Assembly (NCBI GenBank): GCA_028289445.1
Contig: JANQPO010000014.1
Coordinates: forward strand, 373,848-437,847
Length of the DNA stretch: 64,000 nt
Source of the DNA: Tepidamorphaceae bacterium
GTDB lineage: Bacteria; Pseudomonadota; Alphaproteobacteria; Rhizobiales; JAKSCL01
Reading direction: 5' to 3'
In this document: positions 21,322 through 30,332 of the stretch, piece after piece
How the letters are laid out: every line of letters starts with the position of its first letter
Position numbering within the stretch: position 1 is the stretch's first letter
Translations under genes and position numbers: made by a program
The notes under the pieces: model-generated
What the model saw: the letters and a program-made list of their open reading frames with translations, nothing else
What the model was told of the DNA's origin: nothing
Databases searched by the model: none

Positions 21322-22059
21322 TTAGATCATCGCCATGCCGCCATTGACGTGAAGGGTCTGTCCGGTGACGTAAGCCGCTTCGTCGCTGGCCAGAAACACA
21401 ATGGCGGCGGCAACCTCTTCGGCCGTGCCCAGTCGACCGGCCGGCACGGCGGCCAGGATCGACGTGCGCTGCTGATCGTTCAGGACATCGGTCATCGCCG
21501 TTTCGATGAAACCCGGTGCGATACAGTTCGCCGTGATGCCGCGCGAGGCAACCTCCTGGGCGACCGCCTTGGTAAAGCCGATCATGCCCGCCTTCGACGC
21601 CGCATAGTTTGCCTGGCCGGGATTGCCGGTAACCCCGACGACCGACGTAATGCCGATGATGCGACCCGTTCGGCGCTTCATCATCCCGCGCAAGGCCGCG
21701 CGGGTAAGCCGGAAACCGGCCGTCAGGTTCACATCAAGGACCGTTTGCCAATCCTCGTCTTTCATCCGCATCAAAAGCCCGTCGCGCGTGATGCCGGCGT
21801 TGTTGACGAGGATATCCAGGGACCCCATCGCAGCCTCAGCACGCGCGACCAGATCGGCGGCAGCGTCTGCGTCGGATAGGTTCGCGGCAAGCACATGCGC
21901 CCGTTCGCCAAGCGAGGCCGCAAGCTCCTCAAGCGCCGGTTCGCGCGTCCCCGACAGGCCGACCGTTGCCCCGGCCTCATGCAAGGATCGCGCGATGGCG
22001 CCGCCAATTCCGCCCGACGCACCTGTGACAAGAGCGGCTTTCCCGTGAAGTTCGAACAT
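21322..22059 (-). CDS. fabG: 3-oxoacyl-ACP reductase
   Basis: SDR motifs TGASGGIG, NNAG and YAASKAG. ATG at 22059 (MFELHGK...) preferred over the ORF-track start at 22119. Sits in the fabD-fabG-acpP-fabF context. Confidence 0.93.
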   Translation of the reverse strand: MFELHGKAALVTGASGGIGGAIARSLHEAGATVGLSGTREPALEELAASLGERAHVLAANLSDADAAADLVARAEAAMGSLDILVNNAGITRDGLLMRMKDEDWQTVLDVNLTAGFRLTRAALRGMMKRRTGRIIGITSVVGVTGNPGQANYAASKAGMIGFTKAVAQEVASRGITANCIAPGFIETAMTDVLNDQQRTSILAAVPAGRLGTAEEVAAAIVFLASDEAAYVTGQTLHVNGGMAMI

Positions 22060-22078
22060 TGATCGCGCCTCTCCTTGC

Positions 22079-23029
22079 TCAGGTGTCCGACAAAGCCGCT
22101 GCTGCGGCATCAAGGTCATCCGGTGCGCCGAAGGATAGGGCCTCGACGTCGCGATCGATGCGTCGCGTCAAGCCGGTCAACACCTTTCCGGCGCCGACCT
22201 CGATGATCTGCGTAACACCGTGGCTCGCCATATGGACGATGGATTCGCGCCATCGCACCGAACCCGTAACCTGCTCGACCAGATGCTGGCGGATCTCGGC
22301 CGGTTCCTGCATCGGCTGCGCGATGACATTGGCGATGACCGGCACACGTGCCGGACGGATTTCAACACCGGCAAGCGCATCGGCCATGACATCGGCCGCC
22401 GGCGCCATCATCGCACAATGAAACGGAGCGCTGACCGGCAGGAGCATCGCCCGCTTGGCGCCCTTCTCCTTGGCAATATCGACCGCGCGCTCGACGGCGG
22501 CGGTGGCCCCGGACACCACCACCTGTCCCGGTGCGTTATCATTGGCAGCTTGGCAGACGTCTCCTTGAGCGGCTTCCTCCGCGACGGCCTTGGCTGCGTC
22601 ATAGTCTAGACCGAGGAGTGCTGCCATGGCGCCCTCCCCAACCGGGACCGCCGATTGCATGGCTTCACCGCGCGTGCGCAGAAGACGCGCCGTATCGCCG
22701 ATCGAAAGGCTGCCGGCGGCGGCAAGCGCCGAATATTCACCCAGAGAATGACCAGCCACCATCACCACATCGCGAACGATGTCGAGGCCAGCCTCGGTTT
22801 CCAAAACCCGCAACGCGGCGAGGCTGACCGCCATGAGGGCGGGCTGGGCATTGCGTGTCAGGGTCAAGGACTCCGCCGGTCCTTGCCACATCACGTCAGT
22901 CAGCGATCCTCCAAGCGCGGCATCGACTTCTTCGAAAACCGCACGGGCAGCGGGATAATGCTCGGCAAGGGCCTGGCCCATGCCAACCGTCTGGCTGCCT
23001 TGTCCGGGAAAAACGAGCGCACGCACCAT
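22079..23029 (-). CDS. fabD: Malonyl-CoA:ACP transacylase
   Basis: FPGQGSQ and active-site GHSLGEYSA motifs. ATG at 23029 (MVRALVFPGQGSQ); a GTG at 23041 is also possible. Confidence 0.94.
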   Translation of the reverse strand: MVRALVFPGQGSQTVGMGQALAEHYPAARAVFEEVDAALGGSLTDVMWQGPAESLTLTRNAQPALMAVSLAALRVLETEAGLDIVRDVVMVAGHSLGEYSALAAAGSLSIGDTARLLRTRGEAMQSAVPVGEGAMAALLGLDYDAAKAVAEEAAQGDVCQAANDNAPGQVVVSGATAAVERAVDIAKEKGAKRAMLLPVSAPFHCAMMAPAADVMADALAGVEIRPARVPVIANVIAQPMQEPAEIRQHLVEQVTGSVRWRESIVHMASHGVTQIIEVGAGKVLTGLTRRIDRDVEALSFGAPDDLDAAAAALSDT

Positions 23030-23185
23030 GTCTTTTCTCACATTGCCTGGATCAACCGCCGGTCAGAGACATCGGCATCTGAGCGAAGTCAAGTCCTTGA
23101 TGTTGCAACCCTAGCTCGCGATTAAGGATGCGAAAAGAAATGCGGATTAGGGTGCCCGTGCGGACAGACTGGGAGCGCCCGCGAA

Positions 23186-24805
23186 ATGGTCACCGTCAAC
23201 GACGGAAGCAAGACGCGAAACTCAAGAGCAGAGTTCGCCGCAATTGGCTCGTTAATCTGCATCTTCGTATTCCTCGAGATGCAGTTTGGGGTCTTTGCGG
23301 CAATCTCGGTAGCCTTGTCGCTCACGCTGCCTGGGTTCAAGTCGTATAGTTTGGCTCTCTTTGTCGGTGGCTGGTTTGGCCTTACGACTTATAGCCTCAT
23401 TCGGCGACGCGATTTGCGGAACGCAATTGAGGCAAAAGAAAAAGTCGAGGAAGAGTTCGAGCTCTCCAAAATCCGCGACAGCGTGACCGGCCTGCCGAAC
23501 GGATATGCATTTCATATCGTTCTGGAGGACAAGCTGCGCCTCGTGCCGCGCGACCCAATGTCTATTCTTGGCCTTGAGATCTGCAACCTAGATACGATTT
23601 CGAGCGTTCACGGGACGGCGGCAGCGGCCCGCGCCGAGGTCATGTTCGCGAACAAGATCAGCAGCCTGATCGGACCGAAAGACTTTGTCGCGCGCGGCGA
23701 CCACGCCATGTTCTATACGCTTGCGACCGGCGGATCGGTCGATGAGAACCGCTTCCGCATCGACAGCATCATCGAGGAGATCGTCGCCTTCAGCACCTCG
23801 GGCTTGGAAGTCGACGGCGTCAATCTGCAAGCGTATGTCACCTTCGGTATTCTCGATATCGACGATGTCGCGTTCGGTGGCCCCGAGTGGGATGCAAAGA
23901 ACATTCTGCGCCGTGTCGACTTCGCGCGTCACAAGGCGCGGCGGCGTGGCAATCAAGCCGTTGAGATTTTCGACAAGCGCATGGAGAACGCGCTGCATGA
24001 GCGGGCCATCATTGAGGCCTCCATCAGCGGCGCCATACGAAACAATGAGATCGTTCCCTATTTCCAGCCCCTGATCGACCTGAGCTCGCAAAAGGTCGTT
24101 GGCCTGGAAGTCCTGGCGCGGTGGAACCATCAGTCTCTTGGTGCCATTTCGCCGGGTGTATTCATCCCGATCGCCGAAGATATCGGCGTCCTGCGCCTGC
24201 TAACCCTTTCGATCCTTCGTCAGGCCTGCACCGCGGCGTTGGCTTGGCCCAATCATATTCGCATCGCGGTCAATGTGTCACCGACCGACCTGCGCGACCC
24301 TGCCGTTACCCGCAAGTTCATCGCCGTGCTGAACGAGACCGGCATCAAGCCGGAGCGCATCGAGGTCGAGATCACCGAGAACGCCTTCATCGAGGAGGCC
24401 GGTCAGATCGCTGGCGCCATCTCGTCCATGAAGCAGGAAGGCATTTCGATATCGATCGATGACTTCGGCACTGGCTATTCAAGCCTTCACCATCTGCGCA
24501 TCCTACCCTTCGACAAGATCAAGATCGATCAGTCGTTCGTGCGCGACATGGCGACCAACCAGGAAAGCAAGGCGATCGTGCAGTCGGTCATCGCGATGGC
24601 CAAGGGTCTCGGCCTCAAGACCACGGCTGAGGGCGTGGAACTGCATGAGAACGAGGATCTTTTGAAGGACCTCGGCTGCTCACTCGGCCAAGGCATGCTT
24701 TATGCCAAGCCTCTTCCGGCTGCAGAGGTTCTTCCCTTCGTTCTGCGCTACGAGCAGGGTCTCGCCAACACAGCTGAGGGCGATCAGGCTTCCTCTGTCG
24801 CCTAA
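23186..24805 (+). CDS. Membrane-associated c-di-GMP phosphodiesterase (degenerate GGDEF + intact EAL)
   Basis: Two or three N-terminal TM helices. The GGDEF-like domain has ARGDHAMF where RxGGDEF is expected. The EAL domain keeps its catalytic residues (EVLARW, NVSP, EVEITE, DDFGTGYSSL, KIDQSF, AEGVE, GQG). Confidence 0.88.
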   Translation: MVTVNDGSKTRNSRAEFAAIGSLICIFVFLEMQFGVFAAISVALSLTLPGFKSYSLALFVGGWFGLTTYSLIRRRDLRNAIEAKEKVEEEFELSKIRDSVTGLPNGYAFHIVLEDKLRLVPRDPMSILGLEICNLDTISSVHGTAAAARAEVMFANKISSLIGPKDFVARGDHAMFYTLATGGSVDENRFRIDSIIEEIVAFSTSGLEVDGVNLQAYVTFGILDIDDVAFGGPEWDAKNILRRVDFARHKARRRGNQAVEIFDKRMENALHERAIIEASISGAIRNNEIVPYFQPLIDLSSQKVVGLEVLARWNHQSLGAISPGVFIPIAEDIGVLRLLTLSILRQACTAALAWPNHIRIAVNVSPTDLRDPAVTRKFIAVLNETGIKPERIEVEITENAFIEEAGQIAGAISSMKQEGISISIDDFGTGYSSLHHLRILPFDKIKIDQSFVRDMATNQESKAIVQSVIAMAKGLGLKTTAEGVELHENEDLLKDLGCSLGQGMLYAKPLPAAEVLPFVLRYEQGLANTAEGDQASSVA

Positions 24806-24851
24806 CAGACTCCCGATTGCTCATCACGGCTACCGCGGGCGGGGATTTCGC

Positions 24852-24880
24852 TTGCAATTGACTGTGTTCTCTCCTATTTA
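24852..24880 (+). promoter_or_regulatory. Candidate sigma70-type promoter of the rpsF operon
   Basis: TTGCAA (24852-24857), a 17-nt spacer, then TATTTA (24875-24880), about 200 nt upstream of the rpsF ATG. Sequence match only. Confidence 0.4.
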
Positions 24881-25080
24881 GCCGCCGTTCCGGCTGAAGG
24901 CTGAACGAGGATCATCGCGATGTTTCATTGCGATGTCAGGCAATGGTGCCGCGTCCTCGGTGTCTTCGCTCTTCATGCGAATGGTGCGATGGTTGCATCG
25001 CATCGTGTCACCGGTTCATGTGCCCTTTCGGCTCATGAGAGGCTTCGCGCCGGAACGGATGGTTACATAAGGGCACTGCG
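24881..25080 (+). promoter_or_regulatory. Structured 5' leader of rpsF (possible S6:S18 autoregulatory element)
   Basis: Several hairpins, including tgcgatg/catcgca. A closing helix gtgccctt (25020-25027) / aagggcac (25069-25076) ends 4 nt before the start codon. Confidence 0.4.
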
Positions 25081-25491
25081 ATGCATCTCTACGAACATAT
25101 TGTTATGTCGCGCCAAGACGCTTCGGCACAGCAGGTCGAGGACTCGGTGGCCGCCTATTCCTCGGTCATTGAAGAAAACGGCGGCTCAGTCTCCAAGGTC
25201 GAGTATTGGGGATTGAAGACACTCGCCTATAAAATCCAGAAGAACCGCAAGGCGCACTATTCGCTTCTCAACATTTCGGCTCCACCGGCGGCCGTTGCCG
25301 AGATGGAGCGTCAGATGCGGTTTGACGAGAACATCCTGCGTTTCATGACGATCCGCGTCGATGAACACGAGGAAGGTCCGTCGATCATGATGCAGAAGCG
25401 GGACCGTGATGACCGCCGCCGCCGCGACGACCGGCCCGAGCGCCCGCGCCGCGAGCGTGAAGACACGCCGAAAGAAGGAACGTCAGAATGA
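25081..25491 (+). CDS. rpsF: 30S ribosomal protein S6
   Basis: [13 protein letters not shown]...[11 protein letters not shown]...AHY is a typical S6, here with an Arg/Asp-rich C-terminal tail. ATGA overlap with rpsR. Confidence 0.96.
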   Translation: MHLYEHIVMSRQDASAQQVEDSVAAYSSVIEENGGSVSKVEYWGLKTLAYKIQKNRKAHYSLLNISAPPAAVAEMERQMRFDENILRFMTIRVDEHEEGPSIMMQKRDRDDRRRRDDRPERPRREREDTPKEGTSE

Positions 25492-25757
25492 GCGTCAATC
25501 GTACCGGCGGCGTGGATATCTCGCAGCTTCCCGTCCGCCGCCCATTTTTTCGCCGCCGCAAGACCTGCCCCTTCTCCGGCGATAACGCGCCGAAGATCGA
25601 CTACAAGGACGTGCGGCTGTTGCAGCGTTATGTCTCCGAGCGCGGCAAGATCGTGCCGAGCCGCATTACGGCGGTGTCGGCGAGAAAGCAGCGTGAACTT
25701 GCGCGTGCGATCAAGCGAGCGCGGTTTCTGGGCCTCCTGCCCTACCTGATTAAATAG
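25488..25757 (+). CDS. rpsR: 30S ribosomal protein S18
   Basis: 89 aa with the S18 core [11 protein letters not shown]...[25 protein letters not shown]...[20 protein letters not shown]. Confidence 0.97.
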   Translation: MSVNRTGGVDISQLPVRRPFFRRRKTCPFSGDNAPKIDYKDVRLLQRYVSERGKIVPSRITAVSARKQRELARAIKRARFLGLLPYLIK

Positions 25758-25765
25758 GTGACAGA

Positions 25766-25795
25766 GGTGACCGGGTGCGCTAGCTCCCGGTCACC
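25766..25795 (+). terminator. GC-rich hairpin after rpsR (possible attenuator/terminator)
   Basis: ggtgaccggg (25766-25775) pairs perfectly with cccggtcacc (25786-25795), with a 10-nt loop. No U-tract follows, so its function is uncertain. Confidence 0.35.
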
Positions 25796-25865
25796 ACATT
25801 CGGCGAACCGAAACGGGCTGGGGCGCTTGTGCCTCTAACCGCTTGAAGGCGGGACAGCGATTGCC

Positions 25866-26801
25866 ATGACGAAACTCTTTGCGACCGGACTTGCAGCGGG
25901 CCTCGCGTCTGCGCTGCTGTTTGCCGCCATCGTTGGCGGCTCGCCGTTCGGCATCATGCTGTTCTACCTGACCAGCCTGCCGCTATTGATCGCCGGCCTG
26001 GGCTGGGGCTGGATGTCGGCCGCTATCGGTGCCTTGGCCGGCGCCCTTTCGACCGGCATAGCCGCTGGGCCGTATGCCGGGCTGTTGTTTCTGGTCTCCG
26101 TCGGTGTGCCGGCCGCGATACTCAGCTATCTGGCGCTCCTGTCGCGTGTCGATGCCGATGGCCAGACCGAGTGGTATCCTGTCGGTCGTCTCGTTTTCGC
26201 GACCGCAATCATGGGCACGGTGCTGATTGCCGCGACAATAATGCTGATCGGCGGCGATCTGAGCGCCTATCGCGACGTGCTTGTCACGATGCTCGGCGAT
26301 ATGGCGACCGCCGGCGGGTCCGAAAACAGCGACCCCGAACAGATCGGCCTGGTCGCCGATCGCATGGTGGCGCTTCTACCGGCTGCATCCGGCATGATGT
26401 GGCTGGCCATGACGCTGCTCAATCTTTACATCGCCGGTCGCATCGTGCGGGCGTCCAGCCGCCTCGTTCGCCCCTGGCCGGACATTGCGCGGCTGGAACT
26501 GCCATTGATGACCAGCGTCGCACTCGCAGTTGCAATAGGACTGTGGCTGGTCGGTGGCGTGATCGGCAAGATTGCGAGCGCGGCGACCGCGATCCTCATG
26601 CTTTGCCTGGCCCTCGTGGGCCTTGGCATCATCCATGTCGTTTCGCGCAGCATATCGGCGCGCGGCTTTCTTTTGGCCGGCCTCTATCTGTCGATCCTGA
26701 TGATCTTCTGGCCGTTGGTGTTACTTGCCATGCTGGGGGCGATCGAACCGCGACTGCGTTTGCGGGACCGCCAAAGCCCCCCTCAGACACCATCGACCTA
26801 A
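25866..26801 (+). CDS. DUF2232-like polytopic membrane protein
   Basis: 311 aa, very hydrophobic, with 7-8 predicted TM helices. Lies between rpsR and rplI, an arrangement I recall as common in Rhizobiales-type genomes. Confidence 0.75.
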   Translation: MTKLFATGLAAGLASALLFAAIVGGSPFGIMLFYLTSLPLLIAGLGWGWMSAAIGALAGALSTGIAAGPYAGLLFLVSVGVPAAILSYLALLSRVDADGQTEWYPVGRLVFATAIMGTVLIAATIMLIGGDLSAYRDVLVTMLGDMATAGGSENSDPEQIGLVADRMVALLPAASGMMWLAMTLLNLYIAGRIVRASSRLVRPWPDIARLELPLMTSVALAVAIGLWLVGGVIGKIASAATAILMLCLALVGLGIIHVVSRSISARGFLLAGLYLSILMIFWPLVLLAMLGAIEPRLRLRDRQSPPQTPST

Positions 26802-26844
26802 CCTTTGTGACGCATCGAAACGAAAAGACAACCGGAGAGTAACA

Positions 26845-27504
26845 ATGGAAGTCATCCTCCTAGAGCGTGTCCAGAAGCTGGGCCAAATGGGCGACATCGT
26901 CCGGGTTAAGGACGGATATGCCCGCAACCATCTCCTGCCGGCCGGCAAGGCACTGCGCGCCAACGAAGCCAACAAGGCGAAGTTTGAGAGCCAGCGCGTG
27001 GAGCTGGAAGCGCGCAATCTGGAGCTGCGCAAGGAAGCCGACGCGGTCGCGGAAAAGCTGACCGGGCAGTCCTTCGTCGCCATCCGGCAAGCCGGCCTGA
27101 CCGGGCAGCTTTATGGGTCCGTGTCGACCCGCGACATCGCCGAAACACTGAGCGAGGGCGGCTTTGTTATCGCCCGCAACCAGGTGCGCCTCGACCGACC
27201 GATCAAGATGATCGGCCTGCACGAAGTCCTCATCACGCTGCACCCCGAAGTGGAAGTAGGCGTGACCGTCAACGTCGCCCGCACCGAGGACGAGGCGGAA
27301 CGCCAGGCCCGTGGCGAGGACCTGACCGTGGAGACATCGGAAGCTGCCGAACCGGACCTCATCGATGACGAAGAGCAAGAGGACAGCGACGACGAGGCGG
27401 GCGAAAGCGCTAGCGACGAGACCGGCGACGAAGCCGGTGAGGCCGAAACGCCGGCCGAGAACACCGACGAGGCTGAAGGGGCGGAAGAACCGAAAGACGC
27501 CTGA
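26845..27504 (+). CDS. rplI: 50S ribosomal protein L9 with acidic C-terminal extension
   Basis: [36 protein letters not shown]... is canonical L9. ATG at 26845 follows a GGAGAG SD. About 60 extra D/E-rich C-terminal residues. Confidence 0.95.
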   Translation: MEVILLERVQKLGQMGDIVRVKDGYARNHLLPAGKALRANEANKAKFESQRVELEARNLELRKEADAVAEKLTGQSFVAIRQAGLTGQLYGSVSTRDIAETLSEGGFVIARNQVRLDRPIKMIGLHEVLITLHPEVEVGVTVNVARTEDEAERQARGEDLTVETSEAAEPDLIDDEEQEDSDDEAGESASDETGDEAGEAETPAENTDEAEGAEEPKDA

Positions 27505-27515
27505 ATCTGATAACG

Positions 27516-27543
27516 GATCGGCGGGGACGCCCTCCCGCCGATC
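27516..27543 (+). terminator. GC-rich hairpin after rplI (possible terminator)
   Basis: gatcggcggg (27516-27525) pairs with cccgccgatc (27534-27543), with an 8-nt loop, 12 nt after the rplI stop. No U-tract. Confidence 0.35.
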
Positions 27544-27706
27544 ACAAGAATCACCCATACTGGCGTCAAGGCCGTCGATTGAATTCCGGCTTCAAAGCCA
27601 CGCCGCCTGTTAGTTCTGTTGATAGCGGTATTAACACGCCGAGACCGCAATCTTGGCGCAACCGCGCCTTTTCAGCGCCACCATCGAAGGACTATCGTCG
27701 CTCGCC

Positions 27707-29203
27707 ATGACCCTCCTTGAATCTCTACATCCAAGCCGCGACGACGACGTCGATCAATACCGCCAGCCACCCCACAACGTGGAAGCTGAACAGGCGCTGC
27801 TAGGCGCTATTCTCGTCAACAATGAAGCGCTCTACCGGGTCTCCGATTTCCTCACACCGGAGCATTTTTTCGATCCGGTGCACCAGAAGATCTATGAGAT
27901 CTGCGACAAGATCATTAAGGCCGGCAAGATCGCCACGCCGATCACGATCAAGACGTTTTTCGAAGATGATGTGGCGGTCGGCGACCTGACCTTGCCGCAA
28001 TACCTCGCCCGCCTGGCCGCCGAGGCGACCACGATCATCAATGCCGGCGACTTTGGCCAGACGATTTACGATCTGGCGCTCCGGCGTCGTTTGATCCTCA
28101 TCGGCGAGGACCTCGTCAACGATGCTTACGACTCAGCCGTCGATGAACCACCGCGCACGCAGATCGAGAAAGCCGAGCAATCGCTTTATGAGCTAGCGGA
28201 GACCGGCAAATACGGCGGCGGTTTCGACATCTTCGCCGATGCCATGACCCAGGCCATCGATGTCGCCAATCGCGCCTATATGCGCTCCGGCCACCTGTCG
28301 GGTCTGTCGACCGGCTTGCGCGAACTCGATCACATGCTGGGTGGGTTGCACCCTTCCGACCTTGTGATCCTGGCGGGCCGACCAGCGATGGGCAAATCGG
28401 CTCTGGCCACCAATGTCGCATTCAACATCGCGAAGAACTATCATCCAAAGGTCAAGCCGGACGGCACGACGGAAGCCGAGGACGGCGGCATCGTTGCCTT
28501 CTTCTCCCTTGAAATGTCGGCCGACCAGATGGCGACACGTATTGTCTCCGAGCAGACGGGGATTTCATCGGATCGTATCCGCAAAGGTTCAATCACCGAG
28601 GACGAGTTCGCCGAACTGGTCCGCGTTGCCCAGATCATTCAAAACATTCCGCTTTTTATCGACCAAACCGGCGGTATCTCGGTCGCGCAACTGGCCGCGC
28701 GCGCGCGCCGGCTGAAACGCCAGCGCGGTCTCGATCTCCTCGTGGTCGATTATTTGCAACTTCTCACTGGTACGTCGCGCCGGAGTTCGGAAAACCGGGT
28801 CCAGGAGATCACCGAAATCACCACGGGCCTGAAGGCGCTGGCGAAGGAATTGTCCGTGCCGATCCTGGCCCTTTCGCAGCTCTCGCGCCAGGTCGAATCG
28901 CGGGAGGACAAGCGTCCGCAGTTGGCGGACTTGCGCGAATCCGGCTCCATTGAGCAAGACGCGGACGTTGTGATGTTCGTCTTCCGCGAGGAGTACTACG
29001 CCGAGAAGCGCAAGCCCAAGGAAGGCACGGAAGAGTTCCTGCAATGGCAGGCGGAGATGGAAGATATCTCCGGCATGGCAGAGCTAATCATCGGCAAGCA
29101 GCGCCATGGTCCAACCGGTGTCGTGCAACTGCAGTTCGATAAATCGGTCACTCGGTTCTCCGACCTGGCGCGCGACGATCATCTACCCGACGCTTACGCG
29201 TAA
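27707..29203 (+). CDS. dnaB: Replicative DNA helicase
   Basis: N-terminal PPHNVEAEQALLGAIL, Walker A GRPAMGKSA, Walker B LLVVDYLQL and arginine-finger region IGKQRHGPTG. ATG at 27707 preferred over TTG at 27653. No intein. Confidence 0.95.
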   Translation: MTLLESLHPSRDDDVDQYRQPPHNVEAEQALLGAILVNNEALYRVSDFLTPEHFFDPVHQKIYEICDKIIKAGKIATPITIKTFFEDDVAVGDLTLPQYLARLAAEATTIINAGDFGQTIYDLALRRRLILIGEDLVNDAYDSAVDEPPRTQIEKAEQSLYELAETGKYGGGFDIFADAMTQAIDVANRAYMRSGHLSGLSTGLRELDHMLGGLHPSDLVILAGRPAMGKSALATNVAFNIAKNYHPKVKPDGTTEAEDGGIVAFFSLEMSADQMATRIVSEQTGISSDRIRKGSITEDEFAELVRVAQIIQNIPLFIDQTGGISVAQLAARARRLKRQRGLDLLVVDYLQLLTGTSRRSSENRVQEITEITTGLKALAKELSVPILALSQLSRQVESREDKRPQLADLRESGSIEQDADVVMFVFREEYYAEKRKPKEGTEEFLQWQAEMEDISGMAELIIGKQRHGPTGVVQLQFDKSVTRFSDLARDDHLPDAYA

Positions 29204-30327
29204 TGGTCGACACTTCGAGCTTCGCCGGCGCCACGCTGACGATTGATCTGGGAGCGATCAAGCGAAACTACCGGCGACTAACTGAGATGGCCGCACCGGC
29301 CGAGACCGGCGTCGTTGTCAAAGCCAATGCTTATGGCTGCGGCATCTCCGATGTCGTCCCAGCCCTGGCCGAGGCCGGCGCTCAAACGTTTTTCACGGCC
29401 TTGCTTGATGAAGCAATCGCAGCCCGAACAGCCCTGACGGCCTGGCCAAACGCACGTGTTTTCGTTTTGAACGGCTATCAGCCGGGGGCTGCTTCGGTGA
29501 TGGCGTCGCACGACATCGCACCTGTGCTTGGCTCGCTGTCGGAGATAGCGGCTTGGCTCGCCGACGGGGCCCAGGGCGCTCCGGCGCTCCATGTCGATAC
29601 CGGCATGAGTCGATTGGGCCTGGAGACCGGCGATCTCGGCTCCGATCTGATCGACCGATTGATGACCCAATCTCCACCCGCCTATCTGATGACGCATATG
29701 GCATGCGCCGATACACCAGACCATCCGAAAACTTTCGAGCAGCTGGTTGCCTTTGCCGCGCTCAGGAAACGACTTCCTAATCTCCCCACCACACTGGCCA
29801 ATTCCGCTGCAACGATCGCCGGCTTGGCGAAAGACACCGATCTGGCGCGCCCCGGCATCGCACTTTACGGCGGCCGCGCCGTCAACGACGGCCCAAACCC
29901 GATGGAGCCGGTCGTCCGCATTGACGCCCGCGTCCTTCAGACACGCACGGTCAAGCAAGGCGAAACGGTCGGCTACGGCGCAATCTGGAAAGCGCCACGC
30001 GACAGCCGCGTCGCGATCGTCGCGGTCGGCTACGCCGACGGCTATCTGCGCGCGGGTAGCGGTGGCCACGGCCGTCCCACCGGCTTTGCGGCGATCAAGC
30101 ACACTCGCGTTCCGCTGGTTGGCCGCGTGTCGATGGATTTGATCGCGCTCGATGTCACCGACTTTGCGCCAGAAGACGCAGCGCCCGGGAAGACCGTCGA
30201 ATTGCTTGGGTCCCACGTCACTGTCGACGATGTGGCCGATGCCGCCGGCACGATCGGCTACGAGGTGCTAACCAATCTCGGCAAGCGCTACGAACGCATC
30301 GTCATCGACACGGAGAAAGACACTTAG
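29203..30327 (+). CDS. alr: Alanine racemase
   Basis: PLP-lysine motif VVKANAYGCG and C-terminal GYADGY...VGRVSMD. Start overlaps the dnaB stop (TAATG). Confidence 0.92.
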   Translation: MVDTSSFAGATLTIDLGAIKRNYRRLTEMAAPAETGVVVKANAYGCGISDVVPALAEAGAQTFFTALLDEAIAARTALTAWPNARVFVLNGYQPGAASVMASHDIAPVLGSLSEIAAWLADGAQGAPALHVDTGMSRLGLETGDLGSDLIDRLMTQSPPAYLMTHMACADTPDHPKTFEQLVAFAALRKRLPNLPTTLANSAATIAGLAKDTDLARPGIALYGGRAVNDGPNPMEPVVRIDARVLQTRTVKQGETVGYGAIWKAPRDSRVAIVAVGYADGYLRAGSGGHGRPTGFAAIKHTRVPLVGRVSMDLIALDVTDFAPEDAAPGKTVELLGSHVTVDDVADAAGTIGYEVLTNLGKRYERIVIDTEKDT

Positions 30328-30332
30328 CCCCC

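Noticed and set aside
26171-26842. 223-aa alternative-frame ORF within the DUF2232 gene.
   Set aside because: Its product is Arg/Asp/His-rich and implausible. The annotated frame encodes a coherent polytopic membrane protein.
27290-27504. About 60-residue D/E-rich C-terminal tail on ribosomal protein L9.
   Set aside because: It is real in the sequence, but extended acidic L9 tails are, to my recollection, common in Rhizobiales-type alphaproteobacteria. I treat it as lineage-typical rather than novel.
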